From contig JAWLHB010000004.1 of assembly GCA_041690595.1 (NCBI GenBank), positions 186,001 through 250,000 on the forward strand: 64,000 bases of DNA. Reading direction: 5' to 3'. Numbering within the stretch: position 1 is the stretch's first letter; every line of letters starts with the position of its first letter. Positions 10,177 through 20,099 of this stretch are shown piece after piece. Below the pieces are notes generated by a model that searched no databases, had not been told where the DNA came from, and was given only the letters and a program-made list of their open reading frames with translations. The position numbers and the translations under genes are program-made. The stretch is from Lentisphaeria bacterium (GTDB taxonomy: Bacteria; Verrucomicrobiota; Lentisphaeria; JABSQK01; JAWLHB01).

Positions 10177-11360
10177 GCTTCCGCGACATAGCAGAACAAG
10201 TTGAGACCTACATCATCGACCTGCTGATGGAGCGGCGGCACTCCCGCCTGGATCAGGCGGTCATGGCGCTGCTGTTCTGCTTGTCGCGCGTATACCGTTA
10301 TCTGGTGCTGATGCGCCTGACTCTATACCAGCAGTTGATCCTGCGGCCGACGACGCTTGGGTGTCTGGTGGTCAGCATCGGCAATGTAACGGTTGGGGGT
10401 ACGGGCAAGACGCCGGTGGTGGAGGTCTTTGCCCGGCATCTGGCGCGCAAGGGACGCCGCGTGGCGGTGCTCAGCCGGGGCTACCGCAGCAAGAGCAAGC
10501 CGCTGCTGCAGAAGATGAAGGAGTTCTTCAGCGGGTCGAAGAATCGGTACGAGATTCCGCCGAAGGTGGTTTCCGACGGCAAGCATCTGCTGCTCAACTC
10601 GGAAATGGCCGGTGACGAGCCTTACATGCTGGCCAGCAATCTGAAGGATGTCATCGTGCTGGTGGACAAGGATCGTGTGAAGAGCGGTCGCTATGCCATT
10701 CGCAATTTCAACGCGGATACGCTGATCCTCGATGACGGCTTCCAGTACCTGGACCTCAAGCCGCGGCTGAACATCCTGCTCGTCGACTCGACTTTTCCCT
10801 TTCACAATCACCACCTGCTGCCGCGGGGACTGCTGCGCGAACCGATCGAGCACATCCGACGGGCGGACTACATCTTCCTGACCAAGTCGAACGGTGGATC
10901 GCAGATTCGCCACCTCAAGCGCTTTATCAAGCGGCACAACTTCCGCGCGGAGGTGATCGAATGCACGCACCGGCCGCTGCACCTGCAGGATGTCTACAGC
11001 AAGAAGCAGTTCGAGTTGGACTATCTGCGCGGCAAGCGGGTCGCTTCGATCTGCGGTATTGCGGCGCCGGAAAGTTTCGAGAATTTTCTTCGCGGGTTTG
11101 GCGCGGAGCTGGTCTACCTGGAACGCTATGCGGACCATCACCGCTATCGGCAGCAGGAGATGATCGATTTCGTCAATCACGCCTCGGAGCATGACGCGGA
11201 GCTGGTGTTGACAACGGAGAAGGATGCGGTGCGCTTTCCCATGCTCGAGCGGCGCGACCTGCCGATGCTCTACATGCGTGTCGAGATCGATATCCTCAGC
11301 GGGCAGGAAAGCTTTCAGGAGTGTATCAGCCGCATCTGCTTTTCGCAGTTGCCGGTGTAA
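10173..11360 (+). CDS. lpxK: Tetraacyldisaccharide 4'-kinase
   Basis: SIGNVTVGGTGKTP, LSRGY, GDEP, ILDDGFQ, LPRG.LREP, DHH.Y, TTEKDAVR. Confidence 0.95.
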   Translation: MSFRDIAEQVETYIIDLLMERRHSRLDQAVMALLFCLSRVYRYLVLMRLTLYQQLILRPTTLGCLVVSIGNVTVGGTGKTPVVEVFARHLARKGRRVAVLSRGYRSKSKPLLQKMKEFFSGSKNRYEIPPKVVSDGKHLLLNSEMAGDEPYMLASNLKDVIVLVDKDRVKSGRYAIRNFNADTLILDDGFQYLDLKPRLNILLVDSTFPFHNHHLLPRGLLREPIEHIRRADYIFLTKSNGGSQIRHLKRFIKRHNFRAEVIECTHRPLHLQDVYSKKQFELDYLRGKRVASICGIAAPESFENFLRGFGAELVYLERYADHHRYRQQEMIDFVNHASEHDAELVLTTEKDAVRFPMLERRDLPMLYMRVEIDILSGQESFQECISRICFSQLPV

Positions 11361-11394
11361 GGCTTGCCGTTTGGCCCATCAACCGAGTCTGCAC

Positions 11395-12642
11395 ATGGAC
11401 CCTGTTCATCGCCATCTGCTTCTGGCTCTCATGCTCGGCATGCTGATACACGGCGTAGCGGACGAGGCCGCGGAGGCGGGACTTCAGTTGAATCCGACGG
11501 TGAAGGTGACGAGCTTCGGCAGTCGCTTGCCCGACGATCCGCTTTATCCGGAGCGGTCCAAGGTGGAGCTGCTGGCGCGGCTGCGGCTGGATTTGCGCTA
11601 CCCGCAAAGCGAGTATGCCACGTGGCATCTGGCTTACGAGCAGCGGGGGCGCTGGCGCTCTTCCGACAGCAGTGGGGCGCTGACACAGCTCCTCCCCGGC
11701 GAGGCTCTGCCGGCATGGCGCCTCTCGCCTTTCGACTGGCGGATCGACGGCGGTCGTGACTGGCATTACCGGCACGAGATCGACCGGGCAAACCTCACTC
11801 TGCGCCCAGCGTGGGGGGAACTGACCATCGGCAGACAGGCAATCGGTCTCGGCAGGGGCGTGCTCTTCAGCGCCGTTGATCTCTTTGCCCCTTTCTCGCC
11901 GGTGGAGGTCGATCGGGAATGGCGGCGGGGCGTGGACGCCGCCCGGGCGGAGTATCGCTTCACCTCCACGACTTCGGGGGAGCTTCTTGCCGTGGGGGGC
12001 GAAAGCCTGAACGAGTCGGCCGTCCTGGCTCGCCTTCGCGGTTACCTTGGGAATACGGATGCCGAAGTGCTGGTTGGGCGGCGGGCCGAGGATGAGCTTG
12101 TGGGCATTGTCGCGTCGCGGGCGCTGGGCGGGGCGGAAGTACATGGTGAAGTGGCTGCCTTTCGGGTGCCGGACCCGCCGCACGATGGCACGTGGCTGCC
12201 CAGCGACGATCTGGTCACCAAGGCCCTCTTCGGCTCGTCCTACACCTTTGATGTTGGACTCGGGCTGACGTTGCTGGCGGAATACCATTACTCGGAGTTT
12301 GGCCTGAAGGAGCCGACGGAGGCGCCGTTACGGCTGGCGACCGACGGGGACTTTCGTCGCCGCTATCTGCGTGGCGACACGCAGATTCTCGGTCGTCACG
12401 CCGTCGGCACCCAACTGTCGACCCCTTTCAGCGAAACGTGGACTGGCTCGTTGACTGTGCTGCAGAGCCGCGACGGCTCCGGTCTGGCCATGCCCGGCCT
12501 GCGGTGGGATGCGACGCGAACCCTCACGGCATTGATCACCCTCTACATACCGTGGGGAGCCGGCCCGGAAGATGGCCGGCTGCGCTCCGAATACGGTGCG
12601 TCTCCCCACAGTATTTTCTTTCAGCTAACCGCCTATTTCTGA
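11395..12642 (+). CDS. Putative outer-membrane beta-barrel protein
   Basis: Signal-peptide-like N-terminus (start moved to ATG 11395); IDRA.L...LTIGRQAI..G.G..FS..DLF.PF...D.E.R.GVDA; alternating beta-strand pattern; C-terminal ...LTAYF. Confidence 0.6.
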   Translation: MDPVHRHLLLALMLGMLIHGVADEAAEAGLQLNPTVKVTSFGSRLPDDPLYPERSKVELLARLRLDLRYPQSEYATWHLAYEQRGRWRSSDSSGALTQLLPGEALPAWRLSPFDWRIDGGRDWHYRHEIDRANLTLRPAWGELTIGRQAIGLGRGVLFSAVDLFAPFSPVEVDREWRRGVDAARAEYRFTSTTSGELLAVGGESLNESAVLARLRGYLGNTDAEVLVGRRAEDELVGIVASRALGGAEVHGEVAAFRVPDPPHDGTWLPSDDLVTKALFGSSYTFDVGLGLTLLAEYHYSEFGLKEPTEAPLRLATDGDFRRRYLRGDTQILGRHAVGTQLSTPFSETWTGSLTVLQSRDGSGLAMPGLRWDATRTLTALITLYIPWGAGPEDGRLRSEYGASPHSIFFQLTAYF

Positions 12643-12656
12643 TAGCTGCGCGAACC

Positions 12657-13592
12657 TCAGTATCCTTCTTCCCAGTGTGGCTCGACGTTGGCGGCAGCGG
12701 TCTCACTGAAGATAACATCGGCCGACAGGGTCTGGATCAGGCTGGTGGGGAGGGCGGGGGTGACCGGGCCATGAACGACGAGGCGGCTGGTCATGCGTTG
12801 CCAGCTCGAGAAGGTGCCCTGGGTGCTGAGAGAGTGGAAATCCATCCGGTTCTTGGCACCGACCACATCGCGGGGGCCGATTGTGGCAGCCTTCGGGGGG
12901 ACGGCGCAGAGATCGCCGCTCATGCCGAAGCAGCCGTGCAGGCTGTTCTGGGCGATCGTCAACGGATGCAGATTGCAGACACGCGCCTTCTGGGTTTTCC
13001 ATACTTCCAGATCCTTGCTCCACTCCTCCACGTCGGGGTCGATGAAGGCCACATGGCCAGCCCAGCCGGGGCCGGAGTAGCAGCAATCGGCGCCGCCCAT
13101 GTCCGCGATCATCTGGCTGTAGTCCTCGACATTTTCGTTCGTGAAGAGGTTGATCTGCTTGCGCGGCATGCGCAGATCGGCATCGATGTTCTGGTAAAAA
13201 TAGCTGAGGAGCGCGTGTCCGAAACCGGCACGCCAGCTCTCGGGGGCGATGTTGCCATCCTGATCGGCCCATTCGTCCATGGCGAAGAGGGTGACATTGC
13301 GGCAGTTGATGCGCATTCGATTGATCATAATGGCGGCAAAACGGTAGGCGTGGCATGGGTTGGGCATGATCAGGACGACGGGCTTGTCCTCGCGATCAGA
13401 CTCCTGGCAGCGGGCCACAAGATCAGCCATCCAGAGCCAGATGACGTCCGCATCGGGCACGACGCGGATCTTGTACTCGGGATTGGCGTGACGGGTGATA
13501 TCTTCACGTTTGATATTCCTTACGCGCTCGACTTCCTTCATGTCGCGAAAGGGGATCCAGGTGGCTGGTGTAAAGCTGAAGTCGCTGCTCAT
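12657..13592 (-). CDS. Glucosamine-6-phosphate deaminase/isomerase (NagB)-like protein
   Basis: Start MSSDFSF with GGAGAG RBS; FAMDEW and GWAGHVAFID resemble NagB LDEY and G.NGHIAFNE; VP.KA.TIG; GPVT...P.S. Confidence 0.7.
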   Translation of the reverse strand: MSSDFSFTPATWIPFRDMKEVERVRNIKREDITRHANPEYKIRVVPDADVIWLWMADLVARCQESDREDKPVVLIMPNPCHAYRFAAIMINRMRINCRNVTLFAMDEWADQDGNIAPESWRAGFGHALLSYFYQNIDADLRMPRKQINLFTNENVEDYSQMIADMGGADCCYSGPGWAGHVAFIDPDVEEWSKDLEVWKTQKARVCNLHPLTIAQNSLHGCFGMSGDLCAVPPKAATIGPRDVVGAKNRMDFHSLSTQGTFSSWQRMTSRLVVHGPVTPALPTSLIQTLSADVIFSETAAANVEPHWEEGY

Positions 13593-13788
13593 GACATCTC
13601 TCCGTTGGAATCTGACATTGGCTGAAAACAGATCGGCAAATCGTCTACAAACATACCCAGCCGACGGAGAATCGCAAGACGCGTTGCCGCATTGCATTTG
13701 CAATTGAACAGGCAATGAATAGATTGGTGCGAATGGGGTGACTTATCGCGATATTTTGGGCTATTGCTCTACCAGATGGGATCTCAAG

Positions 13789-16380
13789 ATGACGCTACAG
13801 CGCAAGTCGATACTTACAGTGTTGGGCTCTGCCGCGGCGATTCTCCTTATTCTCTATTTCTTGTCCAGTTACATTCTTCTGAATGGCTTCAACAGGGTGG
13901 AGGAAGACCTGCACAAGCGGGATGTGACGCGGGTTGTCAACACGCTGGATGTGGCGCTTGAAAATCTTACGATTACGTGCAGGGATTGGAGCGAATGGGA
14001 TGACACCTACGCTTTCATGAACGATGAAGCCCCGCGGTATGAAAGCGTCAATCTGCCAATGACCACGGCTGCCAGCCTGGAAGTGAACTACATGCTCTTT
14101 GTCGACAAGAGCATGCGCTTGAAGACTTTTCTCGGCTATGATCTGGAGGAAGAAGAGGAACTGGAGCTGCCGCCGGAGCTGCTGCCTGCCTTGCTGAAGT
14201 CGCCCGGCTTTTCCGCCATGTCTCCCGGCGGAGGAATCGGCATCCTCCTGCTGCCGGACTCCGCGCCGTTACGGGTGAGTGCCTGGCCTATTCTCACCAG
14301 CGAGAGAGAGGGGCCGCCCAACGGCATGTTTGTACTGGGGCGCTACCTGGATGAGCGGGAGATCGCCGCTCTGGCGCAGCAGACGGAATCACGAATCTCC
14401 CTCTTTCCCCTGCAACATCAGCCACTTGACGACATGACGGCGGAGCTTGTCCGGGAGGTGAGAAAGAGCGGTGAAACCCATGTTCTCCTTGCCGACAAGG
14501 AGACCATTGAAGGGTACGCGATCATGCCGGATCTCTACGGGCAACCGGGCCTGCTGCTCAACGTGGCTGCGCCTCGCAGCGTATATGCTCAGGGGCATCT
14601 CACCATGCAATACTACCTGATCGCGCTGGCGCTCTGCTGCGTTGCCTTTCTCATCCTCCTGTTGGTTGTCCTGCGGACCTTTGTGTTGGAGCCGTTGCGG
14701 CGCCTGAGCAACAATGTGCAGGTGATCGGGGAGCAACCGTCCCTGTCGGCCCGGTTGCCCGACGACCGGGGAGATGACGAACTGGCGGAGTTCAGCCGGT
14801 CGCTGAACCAGGCGCTGGCGCGACTCGAATCCAATCACGTGGCGCTGACGACAGCGCGGCAACGGTATCAGGATCTGGTGGAAGCGCTGCCGGAGCCGCT
14901 ATTGTTGTTGACTAACGGCGGCATTTCCTATGCGAATCCCGCTACCGCTGTTGCCTTCGATACGGATTCCGTGGAAGCGTTGCTGGGCAGATCCATTCGC
15001 GACTTCATCCATCCCGAGAGCTGGAAGCAGTGGGACGTCACCGCTGCCGCCGGCAAGACGCCAAAGGCGAGCACCGTGCGGCTGCGTCTGAATACAGAGG
15101 AGCAGACTGTCTGTTACGTCGAGGCCGTCGCATCTGAAGTGGAGGTTGAAAATGGGACCGCGATGCAGTTGCTTCTGGTCAATGTGACGGAGAAGTTGCG
15201 CATCGATGAATCGCAGCTTCGCCGGGATCGGCTTGAATCGATCGGGACGCTTGCCGGTGGGTTGGCGCACGATTTCAACAACCTGCTTACTACCATACTC
15301 GGAGCGTTTTCGCTCATCGAGCTGGGGCGTGAGGTGCCGCCGGAGATCCTTCGGCTGGTACGACGGGGAGAGGAGGCGTGTACCCGCGCCCGACGTCTCA
15401 CTGGACAACTGCTTACCTTTGCGAGAGGTCATTCGCCGATGCGTCGGCTGGTCGATGTCAGCACGCTGCTGGACGAGCATCTGGACGGACTGGTGCTGGC
15501 AGGCTCGACGATCACCTGCCGATTGGAGTTTGAGGAGTCCCTGCCGGCGGTGGATGCGGATCCGGAACAACTGGATCAGATGTTCGCGAATCTGTTGCTG
15601 AATGCGAGGCAGGCAATGCCCGATGGCGGCATCATACGGGTGACCGGGAGGAAGGTGGAGGTGGTGGACGAGCAGGGGCATCCGCCGCTGACCAAGGGGG
15701 CCTGGCTGCATATCGCCATTATCGATCAGGGGATTGGCATTCCGCCGGAGTTGCGGGACAAGATCTTCGACCCATACTTCACGACCAGCGATGAACGCTC
15801 CGGGCTTGGACTGAGCGTCGCCTACGCAATACTACGCAAACACCGGGGGCACATCGAGCTGGAGTCGAAGGTTGGCGAAGGTACGACGCTGCATCTCTAT
15901 CTCCCTGCCTCGGCGGAGCCCGTGCCCGCCAAATCCCCCGCGGCGCCCCGTGTGGCTTCCACCAGAATGGCCGACAGCGGCAAGCGACGCATTCTTATCC
16001 TGGACGATGACGATCTGGTGAGGCGGATAGTCCAGGAGATGGTCGAGAGTGCCGGCTACACGGTGGTCGCCACGGCCGCGGGCGAGCAGACTATCGAGGA
16101 GTACAAGCGGGCCCAGAATGCCGGAACTCCCTTCGATATGGTTATTCTTGACCTGACGATCGTCGGCGGCATGGGCGGGCGGGAAACGATGGCAGCTCTG
16201 CGCGCGATGGATCCACGGGTCTGCGCCATCCTGTCGAGCGGCTATACCAGCGACGACACGATCGTGAACTACAGTGCGTACGGCTTCCGTGAGGTGATCA
16301 AGAAGCCCTACCGCTCGCAGGAGTTGGTTGCCCTGATCGGGATGACACTCGAGGGCGAGCTTTGCGCCTACTCGCCGTAG
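13789..16380 (+). CDS. Hybrid sensor histidine kinase (CHASE4-HAMP-PAS-HisKA-HATPase-REC)
   Basis: DWSEWDDTYAF (CHASE4); two TMs; H-box LAGGLAHDFNNLL; N-box NLLLNARQAM; DQGIGI, F.PYFTT, GLGL; receiver LILDDD...VILDLT...SSGY...KPY. Confidence 0.9.
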   Translation: MTLQRKSILTVLGSAAAILLILYFLSSYILLNGFNRVEEDLHKRDVTRVVNTLDVALENLTITCRDWSEWDDTYAFMNDEAPRYESVNLPMTTAASLEVNYMLFVDKSMRLKTFLGYDLEEEEELELPPELLPALLKSPGFSAMSPGGGIGILLLPDSAPLRVSAWPILTSEREGPPNGMFVLGRYLDEREIAALAQQTESRISLFPLQHQPLDDMTAELVREVRKSGETHVLLADKETIEGYAIMPDLYGQPGLLLNVAAPRSVYAQGHLTMQYYLIALALCCVAFLILLLVVLRTFVLEPLRRLSNNVQVIGEQPSLSARLPDDRGDDELAEFSRSLNQALARLESNHVALTTARQRYQDLVEALPEPLLLLTNGGISYANPATAVAFDTDSVEALLGRSIRDFIHPESWKQWDVTAAAGKTPKASTVRLRLNTEEQTVCYVEAVASEVEVENGTAMQLLLVNVTEKLRIDESQLRRDRLESIGTLAGGLAHDFNNLLTTILGAFSLIELGREVPPEILRLVRRGEEACTRARRLTGQLLTFARGHSPMRRLVDVSTLLDEHLDGLVLAGSTITCRLEFEESLPAVDADPEQLDQMFANLLLNARQAMPDGGIIRVTGRKVEVVDEQGHPPLTKGAWLHIAIIDQGIGIPPELRDKIFDPYFTTSDERSGLGLSVAYAILRKHRGHIELESKVGEGTTLHLYLPASAEPVPAKSPAAPRVASTRMADSGKRRILILDDDDLVRRIVQEMVESAGYTVVATAAGEQTIEEYKRAQNAGTPFDMVILDLTIVGGMGGRETMAALRAMDPRVCAILSSGYTSDDTIVNYSAYGFREVIKKPYRSQELVALIGMTLEGELCAYSP

Positions 16381-18020
16381 TGGAGGGTGTAGTAGGCATT
16401 GAAGGCGTAGTTGATGACGTTGATGCCCATCTTGTAGGCGAGGTCGGCCTTCCCTTCGGTGATACCGCTGTGGCCGGTCTGCCAGGCATCGTTGAGGTCG
16501 CCTTGGTGGTAGAAGACAATCCACCGGCCGTTGTGCTTGAGTCCCAGAGCGCGTGAGCCGGAGTGCTGCCACATTGGGGGAGCGCCATTGGGGAAGAGGA
16601 AGGGCTGCTGATAGATGATGTCGTCGCTGGCAATATCGACCCATTCCTTATCGGGAAAGACCTGGCTCATCATGCGGCGAAAGGAGCTGTTGAAGTTGCC
16701 GCCGCCGTTGTCGGCAAAGATCAGGCCACCCTCCTCGAGAGCATACCAGCGCAGGATCCTGGCTTCGGTGCTGCTGATGCTGATGTTGCCGCTGCCGGTG
16801 ATGAAGACAAATGGAGGCGCCCGGTGTGCGGGATAGCGGCGCAGAAGGTGGATCTCGATGGCTTCGGTGTCGCTGGCTATCTTGAAGCCGGTATGCTTCT
16901 TGAATTGAACCAGGAGATTGTGGTCCGCGCCCTTGCCCATCTGTTGATCCCAATCGCCGCCGCCATACTTGAGGCGGATGAAGCGGACCATGGCGTTTTC
17001 CATGCCGTGCGGCCAGCCGCCGCCCTTGCCGCCGCCCTTGCCGAGGGACTTGAGTGACGTCGCCTGATATTGGTTTTCGGTGATCTTGTCGACCTCGTCG
17101 AATATCTTGCTTTCGTCGATCTTGGGTCGATAGATGAGGATGGGGCTGTTGAGGTTGAGCACCATCTCGTCCTGCTTCTTCACGCGCTTCACTTCGACGA
17201 CCTGCTGCACCTCCATGCCATCGCCTTTGGGGATGCCATAGGGATCCTGCATGCAGCCGCGGTTCAGGAGGGGGAGAATGAAGAGGACAAAGAGATGGCC
17301 GAAGGCGGCCCAGTAGAAAGAGGTACGGAAGCGCCGATCGCCCCCATGGGTGCGCAGATCCGCCACGACACGATCCCCCAAGGGTGGCCGCGCCGCGACC
17401 GGCCGGTGATAGTAGCGGTACACCGTGCCGAGGGTTAAGGACAGCAGAAATGCGATTGCCGCTCCTGCCCACGGTAACCAGATCGCCACCCCTTGCAGCC
17501 AGAGGGTGTCGCGCTCCCAGATGGGAAGCAGTTCCTTGTCGATGGCGTGAATGAGTCCCGGAACGCGAACGATGAAGGCAACCAGCCAGCACCAGGCAAC
17601 AAGAAAGGCGGCACCTGCTGTCTTCAGCAGATAGCTGCTGAAGCGGCGCCGCACGAATGCCATCAAGGCGGCGAAGAAGCACAGCCATCCCACGATCTGA
17701 AAGAGGACGAGGAGGTGCTCGAAGGATTGGAGAAGTTCGTGCTGCCGGAGAATCTTCAGGTGCTCCGCCTGGAGACTGGCCGCCCGCACTCCCCATTCGT
17801 AGCCATGCCGACCGACCAGCAGGGAAGTCACCGCAAGAAGCGTGGCCATCAAGCCGAAGCGGCACGACCAGGGCAGGGGACGCAAAAGCCACGCGAGGCC
17901 AGCCAGGAGCAGACGAATCGCTGCGCCGGCCAGGTGGTGCAGGAATGCGCTGATGGCAAAGACCCAGCCGACCGCGCGGTCGGTCCAGGTTGCTTGGTTA
18001 CGGTGCCTGGAATATGCCAC
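16368..18020 (-). CDS. Multi-TM protein with C-terminal DUF4159 domain
   Basis: Several N-terminal TMs; C-terminal RLKYGGGDW, PPFVFITG, LR.Y...GG..FAD, GRW.VFYH.GDL.DAW, AYKMG.N..NYA. Confidence 0.8.
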   Translation of the reverse strand: MAYSRHRNQATWTDRAVGWVFAISAFLHHLAGAAIRLLLAGLAWLLRPLPWSCRFGLMATLLAVTSLLVGRHGYEWGVRAASLQAEHLKILRQHELLQSFEHLLVLFQIVGWLCFFAALMAFVRRRFSSYLLKTAGAAFLVAWCWLVAFIVRVPGLIHAIDKELLPIWERDTLWLQGVAIWLPWAGAAIAFLLSLTLGTVYRYYHRPVAARPPLGDRVVADLRTHGGDRRFRTSFYWAAFGHLFVLFILPLLNRGCMQDPYGIPKGDGMEVQQVVEVKRVKKQDEMVLNLNSPILIYRPKIDESKIFDEVDKITENQYQATSLKSLGKGGGKGGGWPHGMENAMVRFIRLKYGGGDWDQQMGKGADHNLLVQFKKHTGFKIASDTEAIEIHLLRRYPAHRAPPFVFITGSGNISISSTEARILRWYALEEGGLIFADNGGGNFNSSFRRMMSQVFPDKEWVDIASDDIIYQQPFLFPNGAPPMWQHSGSRALGLKHNGRWIVFYHQGDLNDAWQTGHSGITEGKADLAYKMGINVINYAFNAYYTLHYGE

Positions 18021-18040
18021 GTGTAGCCGTCACCATCTGG

Positions 18041-18472
18041 TCATTCATCAAGAGAGTCCGGGGCGCCGAATCCGACGGAGCTGCCGCTGGGCAGGTTGGG
18101 ATCGGTCTCCTGCAATTCGCGCTCGATCGGGCTCAGGTTGTCAGGAGGCGTCTCGCCGTCGCCAACCGCGGCAGGGCTTCGCTCCGACGGCTTGGGTTGG
18201 GGCTTCTCCCTGGTCGTGACTTCAGCCTCGGCCGCTGCCTCGGCCTGTGCCTGCTCAGCCTCGAGCTTGCGCTCCGCGACGATCCGCGGATCCCAGGAGT
18301 CGTAGCGCAGGCAGAGGGAGATGAAGCCGATGGAGGTGACGCCGATTACAATCACATGGAGGAGGATCGACCAGGTGAAGGTACGGGCCATGCGCGATTC
18401 GGAGATGTCCGACATCAGATCGTCGGGATAGATGGAGTTTGCTTTCACTTCGTCCAGAAGGTCCTGGCTCAT
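18041..18472 (-). CDS. Small single-TM protein with TonB/TolA-like SxxxH anchor and Ala/Glu/Pro-rich tail
   Basis: TM ..TFTWSILLHVIVIGV..; tail AEQAQAEAAAEAE..KPQPKPSE; tightly packed in the operon. Confidence 0.7.
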   Translation of the reverse strand: MSQDLLDEVKANSIYPDDLMSDISESRMARTFTWSILLHVIVIGVTSIGFISLCLRYDSWDPRIVAERKLEAEQAQAEAAAEAEVTTREKPQPKPSERSPAAVGDGETPPDNLSPIERELQETDPNLPSGSSVGFGAPDSLDE

Positions 18473-18476
18473 GCTG

Positions 18477-18878
18477 TCATTCCTCTATCTTGGTGCCGGT
18501 GAGGTTGGGGGTGCCGCCGGCCTTGCTCACCGCCATGAGCACCGGCTTGAACTGTTCGAACTCGATATCCTTGTCGATGCGGACGGTGACGATCTTCTCC
18601 GGTCGGGAATCGAGCATCCTGGTGAGATCGCTTTCCAGGGTGCCGACATCCTTCTCGTCGCCTTGGAGATAGATCAGACCTTCGGTATCCATGGTAATGG
18701 AGATGGGCTTGAGCTGCTGCTTGTCGATGTCGCGGGAAGCCGCGGGGGTGACATCGAGATTGGCTTCGCGAATCATGGTGGTGGCGAGGATGAAGAAGAT
18801 GATGAGGAGGAAGGCGATGTCGCCCATGGTGGCGATGGGTACCAGGACGTCAAGCCGCTTGCGACGCTGCAGTCTCAT
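18477..18878 (-). CDS. exbD: ExbD/TolR family protein
   Basis: Start MRLQRRK overlaps upstream stop; TM ATMGDIAFLLIIFF with conserved Asp; V..RIDKD..F. Confidence 0.9.
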   Translation of the reverse strand: MRLQRRKRLDVLVPIATMGDIAFLLIIFFILATTMIREANLDVTPAASRDIDKQQLKPISITMDTEGLIYLQGDEKDVGTLESDLTRMLDSRPEKIVTVRIDKDIEFEQFKPVLMAVSKAGGTPNLTGTKIEE

Positions 18879-19351
18879 GGGGCACCCTCCCCGCTGGTGG
18901 TGCCGCCGGCCGTTGGTCCCTCGGCAGTGCCTTCCTGTTGGTTCTTGCCCTCTTCGATAAGGCCGAGGACTCCCCCGGCCTTGCCGATGGCGGTCACCAC
19001 CTGGAACCACTCTTCGTAGGGCACGTTGTTGCGACTCTCGACCACCACGATACGATCATCCTCGCTCTTTTCGGCGAAGTTCTGCCGTTCCAGAGCTTCC
19101 CGTACCTCGGCAATCGACAAGACTTTGGCCTCTTCGCCATAGTAGATCTTGCCGGGAACCATGGTGATGGTCAGTTGCTTCTGCTCCTTCTGCTCGGGAT
19201 CGTTGGTGCTGGTGGGGATTTCAAGCTGGCGACCCGTCGGGCGGATAAAGGTGGTGGTCAGGATAAAGAAGATGATCAGGAGGAAGGCGATATCGGCAAA
19301 GGAGCCGACATTGATGTCGAGTTCGAGCTTCTTCTTGCGTTTGAGCTGCAT
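18875..19351 (-). CDS. exbD: ExbD/TolR family protein (second copy)
   Basis: Start MQLKRKK; TM GSFADIAFLLIIFFILTTTF with conserved Asp; VPYE...QV..AI..AG. Confidence 0.9.
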   Translation of the reverse strand: MQLKRKKKLELDINVGSFADIAFLLIIFFILTTTFIRPTGRQLEIPTSTNDPEQKEQKQLTITMVPGKIYYGEEAKVLSIAEVREALERQNFAEKSEDDRIVVVESRNNVPYEEWFQVVTAIGKAGGVLGLIEEGKNQQEGTAEGPTAGGTTSGEGAP

Positions 19352-19379
19352 GGGGATCCAGGGCTCCTGCGACCAGGCT

Positions 19380-20063
19380 TCAAGCGGCTTCGGCCGGTTG
19401 TGATGGCTTTGGATCCGTAGAGGTGGAGCCGGCATCGCCGAGGGTGATGAAGTCGATCAGTTCGGCGGCGGATTCTTCGATGTTGAGGACAAAGCGGTCG
19501 ACCTTCTTGGAATAGATATTGTAGAAGATGACGGAGGGCATGGCGATGAGCAGTCCGGCGGCGGTGGTGATGAGGGCTTCCGAAATGCCGCCGGCAACGG
19601 CGCCGGCATTGACGCCGGCATTGGCCATGGAGCTGAAGGACTTGATCATCCCGGTCACGGTTCCGGTCATGCCGAGGAGGGGCGAAAGGCTGGCGACCAG
19701 GACCAGGAGGTTGAGGCGCTTCTCCAGCGCTTCGACAACGTGGGGCGCGTAATCTTCCATGGTTTTGTTGACGTTGACCTCGATCTCGGTGACGCTTTTG
19801 CCGCGGGAGACCAGGCGCCGGTACTTGTTGATGCCGACGAGGAGGACGGCCGCCACGGGGCCCTTGTGCCGGCGGCAGATCTCGGCTGAACGGTCATAGT
19901 CACCCTTCTGGAGGGCGTCGATGATCTGGGTGCGCAGCTGGACGGTATCGGTTTCGGCGAGTCGGAAGGCTCGCGTCCGGTCGAGAATGATGGCAACGGC
20001 AAGGACTGAGAGAATGACGAGCGGGTACATCATGTAACCGCCTTGCAGAATGAATTGCAGCAT
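19380..20063 (-). CDS. exbB: MotA/TolQ/ExbB proton channel family protein
   Basis: GG.MMYPL; SPLLGMTGTVTGMIKSF; AGGISEALITTAAGL.IA.P. Confidence 0.93.
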   Translation of the reverse strand: MLQFILQGGYMMYPLVILSVLAVAIILDRTRAFRLAETDTVQLRTQIIDALQKGDYDRSAEICRRHKGPVAAVLLVGINKYRRLVSRGKSVTEIEVNVNKTMEDYAPHVVEALEKRLNLLVLVASLSPLLGMTGTVTGMIKSFSSMANAGVNAGAVAGGISEALITTAAGLLIAMPSVIFYNIYSKKVDRFVLNIEESAAELIDFITLGDAGSTSTDPKPSQPAEAA

Positions 20064-20099
20064 GTGGCCTCCGGAAGGATGTAGTGGGTGGGCGGTGCG

